Notes under the pieces: model-generated
Told to the model about the DNA's origin: nothing
What the model saw: the letters and a program-made list of their open reading frames with translations, nothing else
Databases searched by the model: none
Shown here: in pieces, positions 1-9,301 of the stretch
How positions within the stretch are numbered: the stretch's first letter is position 1
Layout of the letters: each line of letters begins with the position of its first letter
Assembly: GCA_964404855.1 (NCBI GenBank)
Contig: CAYOLO010000001.1
Span: 443,009-507,008 of the forward strand
From: an uncultured Gammaproteobacteria bacterium
Lineage (GTDB): Bacteria > Patescibacteriota > Microgenomatia > CAYQLK01
Direction: 5' to 3'
Length of the DNA stretch: 64,000 bases
Made by a program: the position numbers and the translations under genes

Positions 1-297
1 ATAGAAGCAGGTCGAGAGGGTGTCGGCGTCGAGATCTGCAATTTGGGTAATGCCGGGAGAGGTATAAATTCTCCCATCGCCAAGGTCCCAGTAGTAGTCG
101 CCGCCCGCGTCGTATGCGTAGACGCTGTCGTATGTACACACGACCTGAACGCCGGCATCGCCGATGTTGTTGTTGTCGACGTCCCCGTTGCGGGGAATCA
201 TGCAGTTCGTGTTCTTGCCGCCGGCGGCCGAGACGGTCGCGGTGGTCATGAGAGCGAGGCAGAAGAGAGTGGTGGCGATCAGAATCAGCTTGCGCAA
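1..297 (-). CDS. Secreted hypothetical protein, runs off the left edge (MRKLILIATTLFCLALMTTATVSAAGGKNTNC...)
   Basis: Not in the ORF track; manual translation of the minus strand gives an open frame from TTG at 297 with an AGGAG SD upstream and a signal-peptide-like N-terminus; GC-rich. Confidence 0.75.
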   Translation of the reverse strand, partial: MRKLILIATTLFCLALMTTATVSAAGGKNTNCMIPRNGDVDNNNIGDAGVQVVCTYDSVYAYDAGGDYYWDLGDGRIYTSPGITQIADLDADTLSTCFY

Positions 298-429
298 GGT
301 TCTTGGTTACTCCTGTTTTGGTTTGGATGTGAAAGATCGAAGTGTTTCGCCCCCACGGCGTAACAATCGCATGCTTGAGCTAGGTACTTACGGTTAGGTG
401 AGTCTTGGCCAAGCTAGTGCGACCACGAA

Positions 430-458
430 TTATAGGACATAAATCTATATTAATCAAT
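430..458 (-). promoter_or_regulatory. sigma70-type promoter TTGATT-N17-TATAAT for the secreted protein gene
   Basis: Near-consensus hexamers with a 17-nt spacer on the minus strand. Confidence 0.6.
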
Positions 459-480
459 GGTAGATTAAGAGGCTTGTGGT

Positions 481-1152
481 CTAGATGAGATTTAGGATGG
501 TTTTGATGGTTTGAGAATCAAAAAGGATTTTATGGTGACCTCTAACTTTGGCTAGTTGATTGGTTGAGGCAGTAGGAAGTTTGCTCTGGTTCGGATGCCA
601 AACATGATTATCAAAGGTTGGGGTGATGGTACAAATTTTGTTATCAAGGTCACATTTACTATTTAGGGTTTGAATTATTTAGCTGTTGGGATGAAGTTCT
701 TTGAAAAATTTGCCGACTAAATATTTGGTTAAATGGGAGCCGTGAAATGGTGTAGCTATGGCAATAATTTTTTTGATTTGGGGAGAAACTGGAGAGTGGT
801 TAAGTAGGTGTTTAGCAATTAGGCCGCCTTTGGAGTGAGCAACAATTACAACACCTTGTAGAGAATTGTCGGTGATTATTTTTTCGATGATTTTTGACTG
901 GGTTGGTACTGATTTGAGGTTATGACCGAGTTCTGGAGCGATGTAAACAGGGTGACCTTCAAGTGAAATAGCGTCGCCTAGTTTTTTCATAAAACCCCAT
1001 TTGAGTGTGACTCCTTGGATTAGAATAACTGGATTTTTGCCATTTATGATATGCCCGAGATAGTGTTTGGGTGGTTTGCGATACTGATACATCATTCGCC
1101 AACCGTTGGCCATGTACGCGTAGTCAACTGCCCAGTCTAAAATTTTTCTCAT
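481..1152 (-). pseudogene. Alpha/beta hydrolase (lipase/esterase family), frameshifted near 681
   Basis: AHSKGG nucleophile elbow and ATPFHGS in the 679-1152 frame; the C-terminal part with candidate catalytic Asp/His (FDNHV, GHHKIL) continues in a shifted frame to TAG at 481; one extra T creates TAA. Confidence 0.7.
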
Positions 1153-1230
1153 AGGGTAACTACAGTTTATCTTATTAAGAGGGTTATTGATTATGGCGAA
1201 TATAACCCGAATATGTGATACGATATCGTC

Positions 1231-2370
1231 ATGATACCTTTGGCAGCCAAGATTCGACCTTCTGATTTGACAGGTTTTGTTGGACAAAATCATCTTGTCG
1301 GACAAGGTAAGCCAATAAGGGTTGCAATCGATAAGAAACATTTATTTTCCTTTGTTTTGTGGGGTCCGCCTGGGGTTGGTAAAACAACTTTGGCGAGAAT
1401 TTATGCCAATTCTTTGGGGGCGGAGATGCATGAGTTGTCAGCTGTGTCAGCTGGTAAGGATGATATTCGCAAAATAATCGGCAAAGATAGCCTTCAAGAA
1501 TCGTTGGCGCCAAAGGTTTTGTTTTTGGATGAAATTCATAGATTTAATAAAAGTCAGCAGGATTTTTTGTTGCCATTTGTGGAGAGTGGAAAACTAACAT
1601 TAATCGGTGCAACGACTGAGAATCCTAGTTTCGAAGTAATACCGGCATTGTTATCAAGGTGCAGGGTTTTTGTCTTGAATGCGCTGTCAGAGAAAGAAAT
1701 GGACGAAATTATTAACCGAACTGGAATTGTAATTGATGATGAGGCGCGAAAATGGCTAATTGCAATGGCTGATGGTGACGGCAGGCAGGCAATTACGATG
1801 CTGGAAAATACTCAAAATTTGTATAAAAAAATTACTGTCGAGAACTTAAAAAAAACTTTGCAAAATAAGTTCTTGCGTTATGACAAAGCAGGTGAGGAAC
1901 ACTACAATACGATTAGTGCTTTTATCAAAAGTATGCGGGCAGGAGACGCGGACGCGGCGATTTATTATTTAGCACGAATGATTGACGCGGGAGAAGATCC
2001 TAAGTTTATAGCGCGTCGAATGGTTATTTTTGCGTCTGAAGATGTGGGACTAGCTGTACCAACGGCATTAGTTATTGCGAACGAAGTCTTTAGAGCTGTT
2101 GAGACGATAGGCTATCCAGAATGTTCAATTAATTTGGTGCACGGGGTTGCTTATTTAGCTAACTGCAAAAAGGATAGAAGTGCTTATGATGCTCTACAAG
2201 AAGCACTGGCAGATGTGAAAAAACTTGGTAATTTGCCAATACCGCTTAAGGTCAGGAATGCGCCGACAAAACTAATGAAAGAAATAGGATATGGGAAAGG
2301 GTATGAAATGTACGGAAAAGAATCGTTACTCCCCGAAGAGTTGAAAGGTAAGAAGTATTTGAAGAAGTAA
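1231..2370 (+). CDS. rarA: Replication-associated recombination AAA+ ATPase RarA/MgsA
   Basis: PLAAKIRP, GPPGVGKTT, LFLDEIHRFNK, GATTENP, SAFIKSMR. Confidence 0.95.
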   Translation: MIPLAAKIRPSDLTGFVGQNHLVGQGKPIRVAIDKKHLFSFVLWGPPGVGKTTLARIYANSLGAEMHELSAVSAGKDDIRKIIGKDSLQESLAPKVLFLDEIHRFNKSQQDFLLPFVESGKLTLIGATTENPSFEVIPALLSRCRVFVLNALSEKEMDEIINRTGIVIDDEARKWLIAMADGDGRQAITMLENTQNLYKKITVENLKKTLQNKFLRYDKAGEEHYNTISAFIKSMRAGDADAAIYYLARMIDAGEDPKFIARRMVIFASEDVGLAVPTALVIANEVFRAVETIGYPECSINLVHGVAYLANCKKDRSAYDALQEALADVKKLGNLPIPLKVRNAPTKLMKEIGYGKGYEMYGKESLLPEELKGKKYLKK

Positions 2371-2693
2371 GGGTATAGTTACTCGCTAAAATTCCTCCAA
2401 AAACTGCGCCAGCATTTTTTGTTGTCAGTTTTAGCTACGTCCTGCGTTTCAGGAGACCTGAAACTAGAAATGTACGGAAAAGAATCGTTACTCCCCGAAG
2501 CGTTGAAAGGCAAGAAGTATTTGAAGAAGTAAGGGTATAGTTACTCGCTAAAATTCCTCCAAAAACTGCGCTCGCTTTTTTGTCGTCGGTTTTAGCTACG
2601 TCCTGCGTTTCAGGAGACCTGAAACTAGAAATGTATGGTAAAGAATCGTTACTTCCCGAAGAGTTGAAAGGTAAGAAGTATTTGAAAAGATAA
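2305..2693 (+). repeat. Three copies of the last 66 bp of rarA (2305, 2467, 2628) separated by two ~96-bp structured elements
   Basis: Direct repeats with periods of 162 and 161 bp read directly from the sequence. Confidence 0.95.
2371..2466. mobile_element. Small structured repeat element (MITE/REP-like), copy 1; copy 2 at 2533-2627
   Basis: CTCGCT-[long stem]-AGCTACGTCCTGCG-[GTTTCAGG/CCTGAAAC hairpin]-TAG; a related copy lies at 33963-34060. Confidence 0.55.
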
Positions 2694-2709
2694 CTTTAAT
2701 ACAATATTC

Positions 2710-2997
2710 TCAAATGATGCCGACGTAGTCTATTTTGGGGAAGTCTTTACGAACTTCAGCAAGAAACTTGTCGGATAAAGAGGTTGAATATTTCCCATAA
2801 CCTGTCGATTCGGAGCGAGAAACGAGGAGTTTTTCACTGTTTCTGATCACATCCATAACCTTAGAGCCAATACGGTTGAATTCTTGTTTGTTGACGCTTG
2901 GATTTGCAACGAACGCGTCGTGAATTTTTAAAAACTCATCAAAAAGAGCGCGGTTGTTGTCTACCATTTGTTGGTAGACTTTTTGGTATTTAGTCAT
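2710..2997 (-). CDS. Hypothetical protein (95 aa, helical)
   Basis: ATG ORF, tightly coupled to the upstream VIT1 gene. Confidence 0.75.
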   Translation of the reverse strand: MTKYQKVYQQMVDNNRALFDEFLKIHDAFVANPSVNKQEFNRIGSKVMDVIRNSEKLLVSRSESTGYGKYSTSLSDKFLAEVRKDFPKIDYVGII

Positions 2998-2999
2998 AT

Positions 3000-3494
3000 T
3001 TAGATTTTTAATAGTAATCCCACGGCAATACCGATTGTAGCAGCGATTCCGCCGACTATAAGCATTTCGAGGCCTGAGCGGTTGCGGTTTATTTTAACAA
3101 TTTTTCCTTTGATATAGCCAAGTAAATATAATCCTATAAATGCGCAGATTACAGAAATAAAACCTGCTTCTGGAAGTGGGAAAAACATGATTGGTAAAAC
3201 AGGAATGAGTCCAGCCAGAGCGTAGGAGGCGAACATTATTATTCCGCCAAAGATGAAGTTTTCGGATTTGAGATCGTCCTTTTCTAGTTGGTGGACTGCT
3301 CGCTCGGATAAAAATTCACCAGCACCCATGCTACTTGCTTCGACGGCAATAGTAATAAGAGCTGCTAGCAAAATAAAATCTTTGGTTGGCGAAGCGGCGA
3401 TAAGTCCGACAATCATGCCTGTTGTGGATACAAGTGCATCTTCGACGCCAAATAGTGAGCTACGCAGGTAATCGTCTTCGACAGTTGTAGGCAT
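3000..3494 (-). CDS. VIT1/CCC1 family Fe/Mn transporter
   Basis: FGVEDALVST and SMGAGEFLS motifs, several TM helices. Confidence 0.9.
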   Translation of the reverse strand: MPTTVEDDYLRSSLFGVEDALVSTTGMIVGLIAASPTKDFILLAALITIAVEASSMGAGEFLSERAVHQLEKDDLKSENFIFGGIIMFASYALAGLIPVLPIMFFPLPEAGFISVICAFIGLYLLGYIKGKIVKINRNRSGLEMLIVGGIAATIGIAVGLLLKI

Positions 3495-3609
3495 AAGTTT
3501 ATTTTACTCTAAAATGGTTTTAGGAAAAATTTGATTTGTATTTTGGTTGATATAATATTTGTGTTAAGTAACTGTTGAAGTAAAAGTCTGCCTATAAAAA
3601 AGTATAAAA

Positions 3610-5367
3610 ATGCTTGAAAAAGAGGAGGATGTTGGAGCAGTTGGGAGGGTAGAAAATCCTTTAAAGGAAAAAACAGAAACTGAAAGAAAGTTTTTGGTAC
3701 GGGATTTGGGTGAGATAGATTTTGGAAGTTTGGAAGGAGCTGAAATAATTCAAGGATATTTGGCAATTGAAGCAAATGGAGACGAGTTGAGGGTTAGACA
3801 AAAAGGCGAAAAATATTATTTGACCAAGAAAAGTGGTTCGGGGGTAACAAGAGAAGAAGATGAATCAGAAATACCAAGAGAAGAGTTTGAACTACTTTAT
3901 TCACAGACCGAAGGGTTAAGAGTTGAAAAGACTAGATATGTAATTCCACACGGTAATTATTCAATTGAACTTGACGTGTTTGGTGGAAATCTAAAAGGAA
4001 TAATAACTGCGGAAGTCGAGTTTGGGGATGGACAAGATGCGACGGAATTCCAGCCACCATTATGGTTGGGAAGTGATGTAACTGAAAGTGGAGTTTATTC
4101 AAATCAAAAACTTGCCCAGCTGGCTCGTGAATTGGAGTCAGTTTCTGGGGGTCAGGTGGAACGGCAGGATGCTGGGGCGGTGTTTGGACTTCGTGAGGGT
4201 TTGAGTTTGTTGGTTGAGAAAACATCGTTAGATATGGATGTGAACACGGTGGCAGTAACTGCCATTGCAGGTGGTTCGGCTTCGGGCAAAACTAGTAAAG
4301 TTGCAGAAAAACTTGTCCAGGTCTTTAGTGATAAGTCGGCATTACTATCAATGGATGATTACAGTTTGGGTAGCGAGTATGTTAGACAACTAGTCGAGTC
4401 TGGAGAAGATATTAACTATGATATGCCAAGTTATATCGACATTGATTTGCTAGCTAGACATATAGCAATGCTAAAAAAGGGTATTGCGGTATGGACACCA
4501 ATTTTTGACTTTAAAACTGGAGAAACTTCCCCAAAAATGAGACTAGTAGAACCAAAACCTTTGTTGGTGGTCGAAGGATTATTTGCTCTAGATAATCGGA
4601 TTGTAGCTCAAGCGGATACTGGGGTTTTTGTGGATATTAGTATGCATGGGCGAGCGTTAAGGAGATTGTTTAGGGATGTATCGAGGACAAGTATGGTACC
4701 GAACGATATTTTGAAATATTTTGCTGAAGTCGTTGATCCAATGCATGAAAAATATGTTCAAGCAACAATTAGTCAAGCGGATTTGGTAATAGAAAATGAA
4801 TATGATCCAAGTATCGAATCAGGCAATGCCGGAAAAAAGGAGACTCAGATTAAATTTCAGATGACTATGTCTGAGACAGCTTTGTTGGGAATGGGTGCCA
4901 AATTGGTAGGAAGTTTTGATCAAGAGGATAGTTATTTCGAGCCAATAGACCAAAACCTACGAGAACGAGGGGAGAGTGTAAGAATTAGACAAGAGAACGA
5001 TCGAACATTTTTTACATACAAAGGACCAAAAGAAAGTGGTGAGGTTAGAAAAAGAGACAGGTTTGACGCAGAAGTAGATAAGGTTACTGCAGACGTTTTT
5101 GTAAAAAGATATGGAAAATGTGTGATGGAGCTTATTAAAACTCGCAGGGCTTATAAGCTAGGTAATATTAGTGTTGCAATTGATTCTGGGATTTTGAGAA
5201 TGACAGAGGATGGAAGCGAATCTCTGCCAGACCATGTTGAGGTTTGTTTTGATGGTAATGACATAAAAGATAGTGATAGGATGATTCTAGAGGAGTTAGG
5301 ACTTAATATGAGTGATGCAGTTTTGGACTCATATCAAGATTTATTAAGAGGAACAGTGGAACTATGA
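3610..5367 (+). CDS. CYTH / uridine kinase-like / CYTH three-domain fusion protein
   Basis: ETERKFLV...LRVR...EVEF (CYTH); GGSASGKT, SMDDY, VEGLFAL, RRLFRD (uridine kinase); ETQIKF...QEDSYF...VRIR...TYKGP (CyaB-like CYTH). Confidence 0.85.
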   Translation: MLEKEEDVGAVGRVENPLKEKTETERKFLVRDLGEIDFGSLEGAEIIQGYLAIEANGDELRVRQKGEKYYLTKKSGSGVTREEDESEIPREEFELLYSQTEGLRVEKTRYVIPHGNYSIELDVFGGNLKGIITAEVEFGDGQDATEFQPPLWLGSDVTESGVYSNQKLAQLARELESVSGGQVERQDAGAVFGLREGLSLLVEKTSLDMDVNTVAVTAIAGGSASGKTSKVAEKLVQVFSDKSALLSMDDYSLGSEYVRQLVESGEDINYDMPSYIDIDLLARHIAMLKKGIAVWTPIFDFKTGETSPKMRLVEPKPLLVVEGLFALDNRIVAQADTGVFVDISMHGRALRRLFRDVSRTSMVPNDILKYFAEVVDPMHEKYVQATISQADLVIENEYDPSIESGNAGKKETQIKFQMTMSETALLGMGAKLVGSFDQEDSYFEPIDQNLRERGESVRIRQENDRTFFTYKGPKESGEVRKRDRFDAEVDKVTADVFVKRYGKCVMELIKTRRAYKLGNISVAIDSGILRMTEDGSESLPDHVEVCFDGNDIKDSDRMILEELGLNMSDAVLDSYQDLLRGTVEL

Positions 5368-5915
5368 GCAAAAAGTCTGTTGGAGTAAAAATTCATCACA
5401 TAAATATTAGACAGAGTATTTCGATAATTTTACTTAAACTAGTGTTGCTTGAGTTGTTGGCAGCTTCAGGGTTTTTGTTTTTGTATTTTAGTTTTAATAA
5501 CGAATTGGTTGTTCAGGGCATGATGGGTTTGTTTGAGAATTTTTTTGGTTGGATATTTTTGTTTCTGGTTTTTGCCAAAATCTATATAACGATTTATATA
5601 ATTCTCGATTGGTTGAATATGTATTACGAGATTAATGGTGAATATATATATACAAGAAAAGGAGTAATTTGGACGACTGAGCAAAAATTCGCAATAGCCA
5701 ACTTTGGAGATGTTACCTTGGAACAAAACTTGATGGGAAGAATTTTTAACTTTGGAAATATTAGGATTTTTGATACTGAGCTAAAACGAGATTTTTTGAT
5801 GTATTTGGTACATAACCCAAATAAATATTACGAAATTTTAAGTTCTATATCGCCATCCGGGGACAAAGAAAAGAAGGTTGTCAGACAAAGGTTTAGTTCT
5901 GAGATAGATTTGTAA
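5364..5915 (+). CDS. Membrane protein with bacterial PH (bPH_2) domain
   Basis: Two TM helices followed by RKGVI...QNLMGRIFNFGNI. Confidence 0.75.
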   Translation: MSKKSVGVKIHHINIRQSISIILLKLVLLELLAASGFLFLYFSFNNELVVQGMMGLFENFFGWIFLFLVFAKIYITIYIILDWLNMYYEINGEYIYTRKGVIWTTEQKFAIANFGDVTLEQNLMGRIFNFGNIRIFDTELKRDFLMYLVHNPNKYYEILSSISPSGDKEKKVVRQRFSSEIDL

Positions 5916-5979
5916 AACATAGAGATTAAATTAAAAAATTAGTTGAAATTGTATAAGAATCAGAGTTATATGGAGGTAT

Positions 5980-6786
5980 ATGGAAAATAAAATATCAACC
6001 GATCAGTTAATTAATTTAAAGGGCAAAGTTGCGATTGTAACAGGAGGGGCGGTTGGGATAGGTTTGGGAATTGTGGAGAGGTTAGCAGAAGCGGGAGCGT
6101 CGGTAATGGTAGCGGATTTGAATAAAGAAAATGCGGATAAGGCTGCTATCGAGCTAACTCAAAAAGGACTACTTGTTAAATCTTCGGAATGTGACGTTTC
6201 AAACGAACAAGCTGTAGAAAGTTTGGTGGCTAGTACTGTTACGGAGTTTGGATCTGTAGATATTTTGGTAAATAATGCCGGCATATATCCAAATATTCCT
6301 TTATCAAAAATGAGCACGGAAGATTTTATGCGGGTTATTGAGGTTAATCTTAAGAGTGTTTATCTAACGACTAAGCATGTTTCGGAACAGATGATAAAAC
6401 AAGGTAAGGGTGGCAAAATAATTAATGTGACTTCGATTGATGCGATTCATCCGTCGATGATTGGTCTGGCTCACTATGATGCTTCTAAGCATGGCGTTTG
6501 GGGTTTTACTAAAAACTCCGCTCTTGAGCTGGCTCAACATAAGATTTGGGTTAATGCGATTGCTCCCGGAGGAATTGCAACCCCTGGTGTTCAGGCTGGT
6601 ACAGGCGGCTCGGTTCCACCAGAAGAAATGGCTAAGATGATTGAAGCGTTTATGGCTGGTATCCCGATGCATCGAATGGGAGAACCAGATGAAATTGGCA
6701 AAGTTGCACTATTTTTGGCATCAGATATGTCGTCATATATGACTGGTTCGCAGGTTGTGGTTGACGGTGGTGCTTTGCTTAGTTAA
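5980..6786 (+). CDS. Short-chain dehydrogenase/reductase (SDR)
   Basis: TGGAVGIG, NNAG, YDASK; GGAGG SD. Confidence 0.93.
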   Translation: MENKISTDQLINLKGKVAIVTGGAVGIGLGIVERLAEAGASVMVADLNKENADKAAIELTQKGLLVKSSECDVSNEQAVESLVASTVTEFGSVDILVNNAGIYPNIPLSKMSTEDFMRVIEVNLKSVYLTTKHVSEQMIKQGKGGKIINVTSIDAIHPSMIGLAHYDASKHGVWGFTKNSALELAQHKIWVNAIAPGGIATPGVQAGTGGSVPPEEMAKMIEAFMAGIPMHRMGEPDEIGKVALFLASDMSSYMTGSQVVVDGGALLS

Positions 6787-6835
6787 ACACTAGTACCCAG
6801 AGTAAAATAAATATTTTTCTGTTATAAATAGCGCC

Positions 6836-7915
6836 ATGAATTTAAGTGTTGGACTAGTTGGTTTTCCAAATGTTGGTAAATCAACGCTATTTAATGCGCT
6901 TTTGGGGCGGGTCGTTGCTGATGCGAGCAACTATCCTTTTTGTACGATTGAGCCAAATGTAGGGATAGTTGAGGTTAAAGATAAGCGTCTTGAAATACTA
7001 AAAAAAATTACCGAAGAAACAGAAGGGCTTGATAATGGTTTTAAATTAATTCCAGCTGTAGTCGAATTTGTTGATATTGCCGGCCTTGTACAAGGCGCGT
7101 CAACTGGCGAGGGTTTAGGAAATAAGTTCTTGTCACATATTCGAGAGGTTGATGCGATTGCTTTGGTTTTAAGGGATTTTGCAGACAATAATGTGATTAG
7201 ATCAGGCTCAACTACGCCAAAAGATGATAAAGAAATATTAATGGCAGAACTGGCGATTAAAGATTTAGAAACAGTAACGGAGGCAATCGCCAAACTTGCA
7301 GCAAAAACCAAATCCCCAGCTTTTACAAAAGACGAGAGGGAAAAACTAACAATATTAGAAAAAGTTCAAATTAATCTTAACCAAGGTAATTCGGCGATAT
7401 TAGGTTTGAGTGATGAGGAAAAGTTGGCGATAAAAGAGTTTAGTTTGTTAACAGCTAAACCCGTAATCGAAGTAATAAATTGCGATGAGGTGGATTTGAA
7501 TAAACCACTAGAAACAAATCAAATCAGGTTGTGTGCCAAAACAGAGTTCGAATTAACAGAGCTTAGTGAAGAGGAAAGAGAGATGTTTAAGGAAGACTGG
7601 GTTAATTTGGAAAGTGTTGGGTTGGACGCGTTGATTAACAAGGCTTATGAAGTTTTGGGCTACATCTCCTTTTTTACTGCCGGCCCTAAAGAGGTTAGAG
7701 CTTGGACAATTCCAAACGGGGCAACTGCACCGCAAGCTGCTGGAGTTATTCACACTGATTTTGAAAAGAAATTTATTAGAGCTGATGTGGTTAGTTATGA
7801 TAGTTTTGTTGAGTGCCATGGATACCTTGGTTGTAAGGAAAAAGGGAAATCAAGAATGGAAGGGCGAGACTATATAGTTAGTGACGGAGATTTGATGATT
7901 TTTCATCATAGTTGA
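6836..7915 (+). CDS. ychF: Ribosome-binding ATPase YchF
   Basis: GFPNVGKST, NYPFCTIEPN, DIAGLV, TGS domain (FTAGPKEVRAW). Confidence 0.96.
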   Translation: MNLSVGLVGFPNVGKSTLFNALLGRVVADASNYPFCTIEPNVGIVEVKDKRLEILKKITEETEGLDNGFKLIPAVVEFVDIAGLVQGASTGEGLGNKFLSHIREVDAIALVLRDFADNNVIRSGSTTPKDDKEILMAELAIKDLETVTEAIAKLAAKTKSPAFTKDEREKLTILEKVQINLNQGNSAILGLSDEEKLAIKEFSLLTAKPVIEVINCDEVDLNKPLETNQIRLCAKTEFELTELSEEEREMFKEDWVNLESVGLDALINKAYEVLGYISFFTAGPKEVRAWTIPNGATAPQAAGVIHTDFEKKFIRADVVSYDSFVECHGYLGCKEKGKSRMEGRDYIVSDGDLMIFHHS

Positions 7916-7977
7916 ACTGCTAAACTTTTCTTGATATGATGTGCGCCGCTTACATACAAGTCTAATTTTTAAGATAA

Positions 7978-8331
7978 ATGTTATTTAATTACGAACTTAC
8001 ATTGATGACTGCTGGTAGCATAGCTGAGGCAGATTCGAAAAAAGTTATTGAAAAAGTCAAAAAACTTCTTCCAAAAGAAGTAAATATTATTAAAGAAGAT
8101 GATTGGGGTCTTAGGGATTTGGCTTATCACATTGATAAAAACGCCAAAGCTAGAATGGTTCAAGTCCATTTTGTGTCCGAATCATCTCCAATTAAAGATT
8201 TGAATAAAGCTTTGAATATTGAAGAAGGTTTGATGAGATATTTGTTGCTTAAGCACAATCCTGTCAAAGAAGGTAAGGTTGAGCCTGTTGCAAAAAAAGA
8301 AAAAGTAATTTTAAAAAGTTCTAAAAAGTGA
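7978..8331 (+). CDS. rpsF: 30S ribosomal protein S6
   Basis: YEL...DWGLRDLAYHI; rpsF-ssb-rpsR synteny. Confidence 0.92.
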   Translation: MLFNYELTLMTAGSIAEADSKKVIEKVKKLLPKEVNIIKEDDWGLRDLAYHIDKNAKARMVQVHFVSESSPIKDLNKALNIEEGLMRYLLLKHNPVKEGKVEPVAKKEKVILKSSKK

Positions 8332-8369
8332 TAAAGTACTAACAAATTATAAACAACTAAACAAAAAAT

Positions 8370-8942
8370 ATGGCAGCACGCGGTTCTCTCAACAAAGTAA
8401 TGTTAATTGGAAACTTAACTCGCGATCCTGAGCTAAGATATACGCCTCAAGGGAATGCAGTTTGTAGTTTTTCTATTGCAACTAACCGTAGTTGGCAACC
8501 ATCTGAAGGTGGTGAACGTCGTGAAGAGACCGAATTTCATCGTGTAGTTGCTTGGAATAAATTAGGTGAACTATGCTCACAGCTTTTGACTAAAGGACGC
8601 AAGGTCTATGTTGAAGGTCGTTTGCAGACTCGTAACTGGCAGACCGCTGATGGACAAAATCGTCAGACAACTGAAGTAGTGATTACTGATATGAATTTGT
8701 TAGATTCTAGGAAGAATTATGAATCAGCTGGTGGCAACTCAGGAGATGTCGAAGAGTTTGTGACTGAAACTACTGGTGGAGTTGTAGATGATTACAGCCA
8801 ACTTGAGGATGTGACTGTTGAAGAGTTAGACGAAACTCCAGTTGAACTGGTTGACGAAGGCGGAGATGAGCCAGAGAAGCCAACAAAGACCAAAAAAGCC
8901 AAACAGGATGTAGTAGAGTCCGATGATGATTTGCCATTTTAA
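8370..8942 (+). CDS. ssb: Single-stranded DNA-binding protein
   Basis: NKVMLIGNLTRDPE, acidic tail ending DDDLPF. Confidence 0.97.
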   Translation: MAARGSLNKVMLIGNLTRDPELRYTPQGNAVCSFSIATNRSWQPSEGGERREETEFHRVVAWNKLGELCSQLLTKGRKVYVEGRLQTRNWQTADGQNRQTTEVVITDMNLLDSRKNYESAGGNSGDVEEFVTETTGGVVDDYSQLEDVTVEELDETPVELVDEGGDEPEKPTKTKKAKQDVVESDDDLPF

Positions 8943-8957
8943 AAAAATAATTAAAAA

Positions 8958-9179
8958 ATGAGACCAAAACCAGAATTTAGAAAGCCATCAAAATCTCCGA
9001 TTACCGATGATAAAGAAATCGTTTGGAGTAATGTTGAGCTTTTGAAAAAATTTGTTTCTGACAGGGGTAAGATATTTCCTGCAGCCAGAAGTGGACTTAC
9101 TGCCAAACAACAGAGACTTTTGACTCGTGCTATAAAGAACGCTCGTTTTATGGCAATGATGTCTTACACTGAAAAGTAA
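8958..9179 (+). CDS. rpsR: 30S ribosomal protein S18
   Basis: LKKFVSDRGKI...QRLLTRAIKNAR. Confidence 0.95.
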   Translation: MRPKPEFRKPSKSPITDDKEIVWSNVELLKKFVSDRGKIFPAARSGLTAKQQRLLTRAIKNARFMAMMSYTEK

Positions 9180-9301
9180 ATATACTTTTTAATACTTCTT
9201 TTAGAAATTTTGCCTCAGGAATTTAGCGATTATTAAGTTTTGGCGGTTAAAATTTCTTTAAAGTTAATGTAGTATAGTAGGAGTTCGTTTTATTGTGAAA
9301 C

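Noticed and set aside
43-397. Plus-strand ORFs 43-363 and 164-397
   Set aside because: Shadows of the minus-strand secreted protein, which has SD, promoter and signal peptide
2305-2693. CRISPR-like repeat-spacer pattern
   Set aside because: Repeats are 66-bp gene tails, the spacers are nearly identical to each other, and there are no cas genes
2305-2693. Diversity-generating retroelement TR/VR pair
   Set aside because: Differences are not adenine-specific and no reverse transcriptase is in the window
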